From NCBI GenBank assembly GCA_963924565.1, contig OZ004608.1:31000001-31064000 (forward strand): 64,000 nucleotides of DNA, written 5' to 3'. The position numbers were made by a program, and so were the translations under genes. Shown piece by piece: positions 1 to 13,400 of this stretch. The notes under the pieces were generated by a model, which was given only the letters and a program-made list of their open reading frames with translations, was not told where the DNA came from and ran no database searches. How positions within the stretch are numbered: position 1 is the stretch's first letter; each line of letters opens with the position of its first letter. This DNA comes from Ascidiella aspersa (taxonomy: Eukaryota).

Positions 1-159
1 GTCTTAAGCACTACACGCAACATCCAGGCTTTGCAGGGTGAGGCGGACGTTTCGTTAAGCTATCATTTTTTTAGGTTTGTGTGTAGCTGTTCAATAGCGG
101 TGCCAATTTGTTCGTAGACCCTATAGATTGGTTTACTGAAAATTGTGATTTACTAAAAG

Positions 160-685
160 CGGGTAAATTCTGCTGCAAAACTGAACCACCTTTGGTAACT
201 GTTATGCAAGCAAAACTGAAAATTGGGGTATGTTGGAATTTAGAGAGAAACTCTAGTTTTTTCATAAAGCATATTGCAAATTTCGTTAGTAAAAATAAAA
301 TAGTTTTTGCTTGAATCCTAATAAAACTAGTTTTTTAAACGAGCATATTTTCTTATTTCACAGGTGAAAAATAAAACAAGTTTGCTTTTAGCTGTTCTAC
401 ATTGTGTCGTTTATCTAAAGTAATTGTAAAAATTCTGATGCAAAACTGAACCACACTTAAAAGCTATTTATAAAAGCAAACCTGAAAGTTGGGATATGTT
501 TGAATTCAGAAAGAAACTTTCGTTTTTTAAACAAGCATATTTTAGATTTCGTTAGTAAAAAGAAAATAGTTTTTGCTTTAATCTTAATGAAACACTAGTA
601 TTTTAAACGAGCATATTTTTAAAATCTTAAGTGAAAAAACAAAATTATTTGCTTGTAGTTGTTCTACATTGTGCCATTTTCTAAA
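160..685. repeat. Diverged tandem duplication, ~265-bp unit x2
   Basis: aattctg..tgcaaaactgaaccac...ttcgttagtaaaaa...taaacgagcatatttt...gttctacattgtg occurs twice. Confidence 0.8.
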
Positions 686-954
686 GCGAACATCATATCT
701 TATATCTATTTGCGAAAGTATATGTTGAATATATGTAAAATGCAGAAAGAATTAAATTAAACTAAAAACTGGACGATGTTTTGGGAATGATTTGTCGACC
801 GAAAAATATGACAAATGATCGGTTTTAAAAGCACCAAAATATTATGCTTTAAAATCCACTTTTGCAATTTCATACAAAAAAATTACAATTTAACAGATTC
901 ACAATTTTCATTGAAAAATACAAACACCACTTTGGATGGCCAAATCATGTACAC

Positions 955-1420
955 CAGTGGTTCTCAACCTTTTTTTCACCGCGTACCATCTCGAGGTTCT
1001 ATGATCTTGTTGCGTACCAACAAATTATCGAAAAACTCAACTTTAGTCAAAATGTATATAGGATTATTAACAGGGATGGATTAGCTAATTAGTTAGGCCG
1101 GAAATTTTGAAACAAATGCGGCCCACTAATCTTGAAAAAGTTTCCCTTTTTTAACTTGCAAGATACCGGTGGTCAAGTTTTGTGATTCTTTGTTGTTTTT
1201 CTATGATGTAATAAAATAAATTTGCATAGATGTTCCAGAAAGATAATAATTCCTATCCTTGATGAAGCATAAAATATTTAACTATACAATCGTAACGATA
1301 AATGTATAGTTTATTGCAATAGAAAAAATGCTAAACTTTTTCGTAAAACTGTAATTTTATTTAAAAACATACTGTGTACCACCCAAAATAACTTCGCGTA
1401 CCACAGGTTGAGAAACACTG
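955..1420. mobile_element. hAT (Charlie/Buster-like) MITE
   Basis: TIR cagtggttctcaacc / ggttgagaaacactg; perfect 8-bp TSD ATGTACAC on both sides. Confidence 0.9.
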
Positions 1421-1454
1421 ATGTACACGAACTCAAAAGTTTTTCTTATTCCAG

Positions 1455-4400
1455 GTCGCTTCCCCAAGATATGTCTGACGCGATCGCCACAATGGCCAAC
1501 AACTGCAGTGGCCTGCTCAACAAAACCCGTCCGCCACAACAAGGGGTGACCGCCAACCCCCAGCAGCCCTCCAGCCTCATCCCGCCCCAACAGCCCCAGC
1601 TTGGCATCAACCCAGCCAATGCGCTACCCCCGGCAAACAATAAGGTCGACAACCTGCTCGCAAAACCGGTGGGTTAACTGCTTCTTCTTTAAAATAGCGC
1701 GATGAAACGACATGTTTGTTCTACTTTTCTTTAAAAAGGCATTCAAAATTATGAATTTTGTACTATTTTTAACAAAAATAATACGGCTTAAAATCCGGCC
1801 TTTTTACCTTTTTCTAACCTCCCGTTGTGCAGACTTTTGTGCCTTGTTCGCAAAACAAATCAGCCCGGCATAAAAACAGGTGTTTCTGTTCCTCTTTTCT
1901 AAAAAACAACCCCGGCATAAAAACAGATAGGTTCTATACTTATCCTAAAAAAATTGTTATGTTTTCGTTAGATTTTTGTCGTCAAAATTTGTACGGTTAT
2001 TGGTCAAGGTTACTATTCTTGCGCCATGGTGTTGTTTTAATCTAACGTGTGGCTCTTTGCAGGTTATGTACTTAAGTGATGAACGAGCCGTCATACACGT
2101 CAGTCTGTATATGACTATATGGCTTAGCCACAAACATTGCACTTCAAGAATATTTTTCTTTTTTTATCAGTGCTTTTTTAATGTTGATTTTCATTGGCCT
2201 AGTTTCGAGCGCTTACAAACACGCTATACTTCCCCCATACCAATGTGTTGTACCTTTTCACACACATATTTACAATACAACTGTCACCAACGCTATTTAA
2301 ACTTTATTCAGATGGACCCGGTTTCGGTCGGAAACGCCTTCAGCAACAACAACAAGGCCCCCGGTTCGAACCCCGCTAACCTACCCGGCTTCGGGGGAAT
2401 TACCGACTTCGGCAACTCGGCCCCCGCCAACGGGCGCATGGGTCACGTCATCGGCCCCAATAACCCCAACCCCAACAGCATGCCCAGCCCCGCTGGGTCA
2501 GGAATCGTGCCCCCTAGCAACTTACTTTCGGACGTGGGGCTGGGGTCAGTTGTCGGCGCCAACTCAGGAAACCCCATGGGCCCCATAGGGGGACCCAGCG
2601 GTGGCCAATTCGGAGGGGGTGGCGGGGGTCCGTATGGGTCAACTATCGGCCAGGGCATCGGACCCCAGCTGTCGGGCGGGGGCTCGAACAATCTGGGGCT
2701 TTCCGGTAGCCCCATCTCTACTTCCAGTGGTTTTGGATCGTCGTCTCAGTTCGGAATAGGAGGTTTGCCTCGCAATAGTGAAATGTTGTAGTAATGTAAC
2801 TTGGTGAATCCATTGTGGTTTTGCAAAACTAATATTTTCGCAATAATCCATATTGAAATGTATTACAACTTCAGATAAAATTTTCTCAATTTTGAAAGTA
2901 TTTAATTTTAAATGCTTTATAAAATAGACCAGGGATCGTCAATGCCAGTGTTTTTTTTATTTAAATGATTAATACAAATATGACTGGGAAACATTTCATT
3001 CCAGTGTTCTTTTTTCGTTTTTATTAATGAATGTGTTACCCCTAATTAAAGGTTATAAATTCATTATACTATTTTTTTTCACTGCACATAGTCTTAGTCG
3101 GTTAAATTACAAATTTGTAATAAATGTACGATATAAAACAACTTCAACTCCTCTAAAACCCGCATCGCTTTATCTCAAATAGAACTGAAGCAAGGAAAGC
3201 TAACGGCGGTATGTTTATCATTAGGTTTCTCCAACCAACTACTCTCAAACCTGGGCGGTATTGGAGGCGGTGGCGGGGCAAGTGACGCCTTTGGGCCCAA
3301 CAAGTTCGACNNNNNNNNNNNNNNNNNNNNNNNNNNNNNNNNNNNNNNNNNNNNNNNNNNNNNNNNNNNNNNNNNNNNNNNNNNNNNNNNNNNNNNNNNN
3401 NNNNNNNNNNNNNNNNNNNNNNNNNNNNNNNNNNNNNNNNNNNNNNNNNNCAAAATGCCCGACATGTTCGCGCAGCAGAAACCGCCCATGGCCGGTGCCG
3501 GTAAGAAGCTGGCGTTTTTGCTTAATTAAAAAAAAAAAAATTTCAAATTTAAACAGTTTGATTTGAGCTGCCGTTGTTCGAATAATTTTTTTTTTTGCTT
3601 TTCATATTTGTTAAAATTGAGCTTTACTCGCTTAAAACGCTAGAGCCTATGCAGAGGATACAGCCAAATTGTTTTCTGTTATTTGTTTTTGCTGTATTTC
3701 TAACCCAAAACACTGTACCAAAAAAGTGAGTTTGAAACTTATTTCAGAAAAAAAGAAAAGCAAGAAACCCTTGACTGTAATTAAAAAAATGATTTGACAA
3801 CCTCTTTGCGACTAAATATATGTTTGGGAAACATAGATTTGCCACAAATCTATTGAACACAAATCCCACCATATATGATTCTAAAAAAAACAACGTTTAT
3901 AAGTTGCTTTGACTTACTGGAACGAATTTTGTGAATTTATAAGAACACAATAGGTTTTAATTACTTTATACCGTCTGATCAGTGCAATAAAAACGACCCA
4001 TTTCAGACAAAATATCAGGAGTAATATTGTTTTCCATATTATATTGTACGAGCGTTCGGTGTCATTCACCCTGACGAAGACAACTTGCATAGGCTGCCGA
4101 AACGTTGCTAAAGAATTACAATTAACAGAAGAGCTGTTTTCTTGATTATTATATGAGACATACGTTTTATTTTGCAAAAAACTGTGCAAACTTCTATCGG
4201 TTCAATCTTGTACAAACAGACACGATATTGCTTCTATTACTGCAGGCGGCGGAATGGGCATGGGTGGATTCGGTTCCAGTCTGGGCGGTGGAACCGGTGG
4301 CCTGGACGTGTTTGGCCAGAAGAAGCAGGTGGGGGGCATGGGGTCCCTGGGCCCGGCGGCGCAACAGGCCTTCCAGCAGGCATCGGTCAAAACCAACAAG

Positions 4401-7400
4401 CAACAGCCGTCCAGTAAGTACCGCGATAGTTAGTGACGTTTTTACTTGCATTAAACGTTTATTGAGTTAAATATTTGCCGATTTAAGATATATTTTGGGT
4501 TTGTTTTGTGAAATCTTAGTTGTGTATATGGGTTTCGGCACCAGACGACTTTTTGCCGTTTACTAGAATCCATACTGTTTTTTTTAAATGCCATTACATA
4601 GTGTGTAACACCTTTTAATACAAGATAAAAGGTCGTGTTTAATTTTACGTGGTGTTTATGAAACATCACGCCTGTGGGGTCAATAGCCTTCACACAGAAA
4701 GTGCGACAGAAAAAGCGTTAAGAACCACTGGTACAGATTTTACAGCTACAAATTTTATGAAACTGAAACGAACAAAAACTATCAAGCAACAATAAACCTG
4801 CTTGCTTCTTTAAAAAAGTGACCGACTTGTCGCAAGTGTGGCCCGAAATGAACCAGCAGTTCAGCAAAGAGATCGAAGACGAAGCGAACGGTTACTTTCA
4901 GCGAATCTATAACCAGCCCCCGCACCCAACCCTCTCCGTGGACGACGTGAGTGCTACAATTGCCAATTCGTTTAGCCTGAATTACAAGCTTAAAATGGCA
5001 CGCGCATTTCTATGCTGAAAAAAGGCGTTTAAAAAACTTCGTTATAACGTGCTTTGTCTAACTCAGGGGTTCTTAAACTTTTTTTACCGCGGACCCCTAC
5101 ATTTTTTTGTTTGCTTTGCATGGACCCCGGTAGACAAGAAATGCTCCAAAATGACGTCATAAATTGACTTCATGACTCTGTTATTTCGGTCCGAAAAATG
5201 TGAAAGTTAAATGGAGTCTAACTATACATTCAGTGCAAAACCGTTTAATTTTGAATTAAAGTGTTTTCTTTTAAAAAATTATTGCATTAAGTATACACTA
5301 GTTCTTTAATTAGGCCTTCATGGACCCCCTAATATCAGTTCACGGACCCCCAAGGGGTCCATGGACCCCAGTTTAAGAACCCCTGGTCTAACTCGAAAGT
5401 AAACATTAAAACTTTTAAGTTTGAAAACCCGAGTAAAACCAGGATCAGACATTTTTAAAGGAATATATACCTATACTGGCATCGTCGTCAGTTTTTAAAT
5501 TCGAATGACTCCAATATATTGTCTGAAGAATTATTTAAACTAGAAATGTTGTTAAACAGACGTTAATTAAAATATGCAATTCACCTACCAACAAAGTGTA
5601 CAAAAATTTCTTAGAATTTCATTTTCCAATTTTCGGATTTACATGAATTTTGCTATAAAAAGCCCAATTTCAAATACAAATGTAAATAAATTGAAGATAT
5701 AGTGCAAAGAAACTTCGTTGTTTTATCTCGATGCAATCGGCGATCTTGACAAATTTCTGCTTTCAGATTCTCGACCTTTTGCAAAAGTTCAAAGAATCGA
5801 GCAACAAGAAGGAAAAGGAAGTATTTAATTGCATGATCAGAAACCTATTCGAGGAATACCGTTTCTTTCCGCAGGTAAACTTTTGCTATTTTCTTATTTT
5901 CACCCTATCCATCGCAACATAAATCTCCCCATGCTATTCATATAATTTAGAAAAACTTGCAAATATACTTGAGATAGACTTTCTATAAGTTATAATCTTT
6001 AACATAGTAAGTTCTAATATTTAACAATATATATTTCGCAAAAAAATATGGCATCATCAGTCTCTTTAATTCAATTGAATTTCGATTCACTTTGACTAAA
6101 GACAAGAAAACTTTGACTAAGACAAGAAAGTCCTCATTTACGTCTAAGGGCAAGGGGGTATCTTCCTATTTTACACATTCAGTTTATCATTAAAGAACTT
6201 GCTGATATTTTTTTGCCAACATGTGCTATATGTTTTCAGTACCCCGACAAGGAGCTCCACATAACCGCTTGCCTGTTTGGCGGAATCGTAGAGAAAAGCT
6301 TGGTGACCTATCTTGGTAAGTTGCAGCTCGCTTTTACTTTCAACGCTCATGTTTTTTTCCCCTTAAAAAGGAATTGCCTCAGTTTTATTTTGTAAGCTCA
6401 TTACCAAGGTTAAGCAGTGTTTTTCAGCTTTTTGTAGGCTTTTGGCTTTTTAACTAACCGGCAGCCTCTATATATTTACGGTAAACATTTTTCGAAGCAC
6501 TACTGCGTAAGTATTGAGTAGTGGTTGCTTTCGGTGGTAGAAACATGGCAAAATAACCCGTTTGTTTATTTGTCATAATTATTTATATTTGACAGGAAAT
6601 AATATTATAACAGTTGTTCCCGACCTGTTTTAGGCTGACGGCACCCTACATTAAATATAAACAGTTTGCGACACCCTTATTAGCATTTCGCTAAGTGGTT
6701 TAGCGCAATGTTACAGTTAACGAAGTTGAAACACACATCAAATTTGTACAATAGGTAAACATTGTTAATGAGTTGTACAATATTCGTACACAAAATGGTA
6801 TGGATATAACCTTAACAATGGAGTAAAATTAGAATAAGAAAAATTGAAACATCTCTTTCCGGCATCCTTTAGCGTTAGAAAGCGCATTAGGCCGGGGATC
6901 GTTGCTGTAGTGTGACGTAACACAAGTATTTTTTGTCATTGGGTATCTTCTTCATCCTAGAGTAGTGTTAATCAATGTCTGGTTGTCTTACGTGGTTCTA
7001 TACCAGCGCTTCCCATACTGGGGTCCGCACAGCAGTTTCAGAGGGTCCGCAAGGAGAATTAGTCTTTTAAGTTTTTAAACATTAGTCTATGTTTGAAACA
7101 TTATCTTTATTGTATTAGTTATGCTTTATTATCTATTGTGACATCATAAAGCATTTTTTATGCTGTACTACCTGCTATCAGCGAATCGTTCGCATTAGTT
7201 AGAACCGGGTGGTCCAAACCCAGTTGCAATTTCAGCCAAATTGATCTGGTTAATTAAACCTTTTTGCGCGAAATGATAACGTCTTTGTAATTTAGCGATT
7301 GGGAAGTATGCAATATCTCTTTTACGCGAACATTCTACGCTTATAAAATGCAGTCTTCTAATTACAATTTTTGTCAAATACGCAATTTTTTCGCGCTTCG

Positions 7401-10400
7401 CGCACACCAGTTTTCCCAGTCTCGTAACATTCGATGTTATTTGCGCACAAGTTCGACGAAAGAAGCAAGTTTCTGGAGCGTATCTGTCTTTCGATATTAC
7501 TTTGTGACGTTATCTTTAAACATTTCATGCCTCGACCAAACGAAAAACGGTGATCCGCTCCTGGTACGCATTTAGCCCACTTTATGTGGCCCGCAGAAAA
7601 TAGGCAAGAAATATTGTGGCCCGCGATGCAGTCAACCGTGGACCACCCTGAGTTAGAAGATTGTTACATTAGAAAGAATCGTGACTGCACTAGTGTATTA
7701 CAAGAAATATGGGTCAAATGACCCTTGAAATTTTATAGGGCCGCGAAATATCAAAATAATTGCAACGGGCCCGCCAGGCAAATTTTTTAGAAAAGTTGGG
7801 GAACCGCTGTTCTATACAGTGAACTAACCTAGAAAACAACAAATAGCGGTCCAAAAATTTGTTTGCAAGCATACCTAAACACTTATATTTTTCCACAGGA
7901 CTGGGCATCGCGTTGCGCTACGTCTTAGAGGCGCTTAAGAAGCCGCTGGGAAGCAAGATGTACTACTTCGGTATCGCCGCTCTCGACCGCTTCAAGGCAA
8001 AACTGAAGGACTACCCGCAATATTGCGTTCACATCTCCACCATACCACACTTCAAGGACTTTCCTGGACACCTTGTCGAGGTAATTACTGGGAGAAAATA
8101 GCTGTGTTGTATATACCCTCTCGTTTGTCCCCCAAAAGGCTGTAGACTTGTAGGTGCATTATCGGCGACGGCAGTGTATCCCTGTGTTTCAAGTAGTTAA
8201 GGGTCCTTAGTGGTTACAGCATACGACAGGCCTAATTAACTAGCTTTGCTAAACCAGGGCTGTTACTGAGTCTGTAAATTAATTTGCGTATCGAAAAATC
8301 TTGTTTTTCCAAAAAGTCTTTTAATAGTTTTTGAATTTATTTATTTCTAGCTTGTGTTGTGTATTTAGAAAGTGTGATTTAAAAAAATATTTTTGGATTT
8401 GTGTATATTGAAAAAACATCAATCGATCTGATTTTAGGTCTTTACATTTTTTAAGAATATGATTTTTATGTAAAATTGTGTGGCGCGACCTGTAAACGTC
8501 CACCTTCAGATAATTAAGTTTAAAATTTACTAAGCAAGGTCAAGGCAATACACACTTCCAAAGTCTTTAAATCTTAAAGTGTTTGAATTGATAAAGTTTG
8601 TTCTTTTAATAAGTTTCCCGTTTGTTAAGTGAACGTAAATAACCAGATTTTTCGTCAAACCCATGCAGTACGTGGACTGCGGCAAGCGATCGGAAGAAGC
8701 CACCGTAAAGTTCCAAGGCAACGTAACGACCCCGGGCAGCATCGCGCTAGCCCAGCAGCAACAGCAGAACGCCCGACAGCAGCAGCAACAAGCATCCGAG
8801 ATGCCCCAGCTCCCCCAGTCCAACACACCCACACAACTTGAGGCATCCAAGATCACCCTGGGGGGTGGCGGCGCCATGGGAAAGGAAATTCAGGTGCGTT
8901 TTTTTATCGAGAATGGTATTAAATCTCGAATTCGTCTGAAATTTCGGGCCGTGGTTTCAATATTAGCGAAGTTTGCGGTTAAAGTTGGGCTGGAGAATCG
9001 TGGTTTTACTTCACTCCGTATAGAAGACCAAAAAAGTTCAACTTTAAGAAGAAAACATTTCTTGCCTTGGTAAAAATCCCTCAAACTTTCCCACTTCCAA
9101 AACGTTTAATAGCAAGCAAGAACGACATTTAAACTTAATTTAATATTAGGGAAGCCCGTGGTTAATCTGGGATTAGGTGACTTGACGAGGAAAAAAAGTA
9201 AAACTTTCGCGAATAACTTTTTTCTGCTCGTTGCTGAAATATTTTTATAAAAACTCACCTACCTGACACTGTTACGCTTCGAAAGCAAAAACAACCTAAA
9301 GCACAATTAATTTTTAAATTAAAGCAATCAAGGCAAGTCGTGCAGTTATATTCTTGAGAGGACACCGATATCGAAAGAATATGGTCTATTCTGAGGCCCA
9401 CGGAGAATTTCCTTGTTGGCAGGGGATTCGTATGGCCAAGTTAAAGAAAAACTGCTTTAGTTTAGGAAAAACCATGGTGCTATCTAAAACAAATAAAACA
9501 TTTTTTCCCCTTTTATTTTCCAGCAACCGTCCATCGCCAAGGCAACGAACATCGACACGCTCCTCGGAGCTCAAGTTCCCGAGGAGAAGATTCCAGAACC
9601 TCCGGAGTCGATCCAGGACAAGATCGCCTTCATCTTCAACAACCTCTCAGTATCCAACATGCAGGCCAAGGTATACGCTCTACCTAACCAACTATAATTA
9701 TATACATACCGGTTTTATAATATATGTTGTGCAATGTATATTGTACAAGATCTATTTATTTGCGATTAAAAACATCCTCTATATCAGAGGATGCAAACAT
9801 CTACACAAAAACTTATCATTTGATCTATTTTAGTGGACGTTTAACATAAAAAATGTCGAAGAGTAAAAATATAATTAAAAATAAATTATTTCCCTGTCAT
9901 TCACCCCCATTTGTTGGTTCACCCTTGCAAAAACTTCATTCATCCTTGCAAAAACTTCATTTTTTAAACATTTTGAATAACCATCTTTCTGTACAAGCAT
10001 GGACATTGGACAAGGTTAGAAAAACGTTGCTTGCGGCGAGTTTCGAACTTGCTACCTCGGACAAAGCAAAAACATTGCTCAATCGCTAAACTGAATTAAT
10101 AGGGAACAAGTCGTGGAACAATCGTTTTTAAACTTTTACCCCACTATCTTTCAGTCGGAGGAACTTAAGGAGGCGGTAAAGGACGACTACAACCCATGGT
10201 TGTCGCAGTACCTTGTCATGAAGCGGGTCAGCATCGAGCCCAACTTCCACCTGCTCTACTCAAACTTCCTCGACTGCCTCAAAATGCCAGCGCTCAGCAA
10301 AATCGTACAGGAGGAGGTCTACCGCAACATCACTGTAAGCTGCTTTTTGTGCTGTTTTTGTTGCGCGAAATTCCAACGGTCACTTGTTCGGATCCCGTCC

Positions 10401-13400
10401 TGGACTTAAATAATCGCATTTGTCGGACGTATTATCACCGTCAGCTGCTTTTTGTGCTGTTTTTGTTGCGCAAAAATCCAACGGTCACTAGTTCGAATCC
10501 CGTCTTGGACGCCTGGACTCAAATAATCGTATTTGTTGGATTGCATAATCACCGTAAGCTGCTTTTTGTTCTGTTTTTTGTTTGCGCGAAAGTCCAACGG
10601 TCACTAGTTCGAATCCAGTCCTAGACACACAGACTCAAATAATCGAATTTTTTAGGTTTGTGTTTTAAATTGTGGCAAAGTTTGCTTACCGTATTTCTCT
10701 GATTTATGATTGGGCCATTTTCGTTCATTTCCTAAATTCTGAAAACAAAGTTTTAAAAACACCCGTTAAAATAAAAAACTTCAATATGGTAAATATTTAT
10801 TTTGGATTTTTGTTATACCACATACACACATTATTTCTAGTCATTCGAAAAACGTTAAAGGTGTTTTTCGAGTACATGGACAGCTTTAATCGCCTGTGTA
10901 AGATGACGAAGTATGTTTATTGTTTAGTGGTTTGTAATGCCCAATTACTTGTTCTACAACGACCCGTACCTTCTAACTTATGTTTTCCAACTGGTAAATA
11001 TTGTCTGTCTTTTTAGAATGCACACAAACTGTATATATATATTTTACTCATTTATTGCGCTTTTCTATTGACAGGTTCTTCTTAAGTCTGACAAAACCGT
11101 GGCCAACTTCTCCGATCGCTCACTGCTCAAAAACCTCGGTCACTTCCTCGGAATCATTTCGCTCGCCAAGAACAAACCAATCCTATACGACGTAAGTGTT
11201 CCAACTGAGATAAGTATTCAACTAATAATATATATGAAATGTATATTCAAGGAAAACAATAAGAGACCTTCATTTGTCAATTTTCCCACTCCTTTAAAGG
11301 TTATCCCTGTCTTATATCAGTGCTCCCAAACCTTTTTCACTTCGCGCTTTAATGCAAGTTTTATTGTGCGACCCACAATAAGATATGACTGAACAAATGA
11401 AGTTTCATTGAAACTGCATCTTTACTATTGGCGTACGTTTTAAAAATGTGATTGCAACAAAACACATCCTATATTGTTACGTATTTGTGATATTGTTGCA
11501 TAAATGTTACAACCAAATTAATGAATTTTTGGTTTCATGACACTTGCACAAAAAACTGAAAAAAATCAGCGGAAGCCCTAGACTAGACTAACACCCCTAT
11601 TTTGGTCGATCGTTTTTTTGTGAAACGTATTTTTCGGTCGTTGTAGGACATCGAACTCAAGTCCCTTCTATACGAAGCCTACCAGAAGGGCGTGGGCGAA
11701 CTGCTGTACGTTGTGCCATTCGTGGCCAAAGTCCTCGAATCGGTCGGCAAAAGCAAGGTCTTCAAACCTCCCAACCCCTGGACTGACGTCATCATGAGTG
11801 TGCTGGTCGAACTGCACATTGAACAGGATCTCAAGGTGCCTTTTTGTGCTGTTTTGTTGTCTTGCATAGAGCCGCGTATGTGGTGCAACACGTGCGTGTG
11901 TTCTGTTGTGCTGTTAAGGTTTTTACGTTTCAGATTGCAAATGGCGCGGAAGAAGGTAAAAATTGAAGTGACCCATACCAGGTTTATGTATTATGCTGTA
12001 AAACAAATGGAAATAGCAAGTTTAAAGATAGGAATTTTAAGTTTTATAATTTATGCATTCGGCAATTTAGGACATTTACCTAATACCTCCTTTAGTGAAA
12101 GGACGTAAAAAGTGTATTTTTTTAAATAAATCATTGATTTTGGTCATTACAGTAATGCAAAAAATAGATTGAGTACGTATTTTATTAATAATAAAAACAA
12201 TAAAAAAGTAGTTTTAAAATATTCCGAGCTCTGATCTAGAATGCCCTTTAGCTGCAGACGTACGCAAATGCAAAATTTCATTGACCTCCAATCTTCCAGG
12301 ATAGGCATTCTAATTACTCTTGGCGTTTTTTTTAAGTTGAACCTAAAGTTCGAGATCGAAGTTTTGTGCAAGAACCTTCAGATCGAGATCAACGACATTA
12401 AGCCGGCTTGCTACTTGCGCGACCCAGAGATTAAACACAAGATCGAATGCCAGGTGAGTGAAACGTTTGCCCTAAACAAATGCATAATTTTGTTTAAGTT
12501 TGGCCTAGTCTGATCCCTAAACTGTATCCATGGCAGCTTTCGATGTACCTTGTAACAAGCTATAAATTCGCCTGCCCTGTGAAATATCTTTTACTTTTTC
12601 ATTTCAATTTGATTTTTTATATATTCAATAAATCTTATAATCGTTGTAACTCCTGTATGATAAATTTGCTTCATTTTTATATTTTGATTGTTTTTACTTA
12701 CAATGACACTGGCTCGCAGTTCGCGCATTGACAAAATGCTTTTAAAAAAACGGCTTCGTTTTAGGACAGTTATCCGTTATTTTCTCTACATTTAATTTTG
12801 ACAGTTATCTGCCAAGAAGGAGAACATCTTGCCCATGAAGCCAAGCACTCCTTCAGAGCAACCTGCCATGCAAACAAGGTTAGTCGTCCGTAAAGTATTT
12901 TGCACAAAACCAACTGAACCTAACTCATTGAAGTTTCTTAAGGCCAGTAACTTTGTTTATTTAGACCTCGTTCTCCACTACCCCGTGTTTAGCCTATTAA
13001 ACAATAGCAATACGTTAAAACGCAACAGCTATCAAAGTACACAAATAAATTTTCCACAAAACCCTTGATTGAGAACCACTGCCCTAAATAATTGCAGAAT
13101 ACTCTAGCAAAGCTAGTAATTTAGGTCAGACATTTTTTTATACATGTTAAAATATATATTATATATATTTCGCCAGCAATGGCATCGTCAGTATATCTGA
13201 ATAACAACTGTTTATCTATAATTAAGTATCTGACCTAAATTACTAGCTTTGCCAGAGTATTTTGCTTTTATTTATGGCAGTGGTTCTCAATCTGGTTTTG
13301 TGGAAAATTTATTTGGGTACTTTGATGCTTGGTGCGTTTTCACGTATTCGCTATTGTTTAATGTGCTAGCTAAACACAGGATAGTAAAAAAAGAGATATA

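Noticed and set aside
40-75. Minus-strand GAAACGTC hammerhead-like half
   Set aside because: No CUGANGA core or stem II.
10329-10650. CRISPR-like array
   Set aside because: Eukaryotic intron; whole units are duplicated with no unique spacers and no cas genes.
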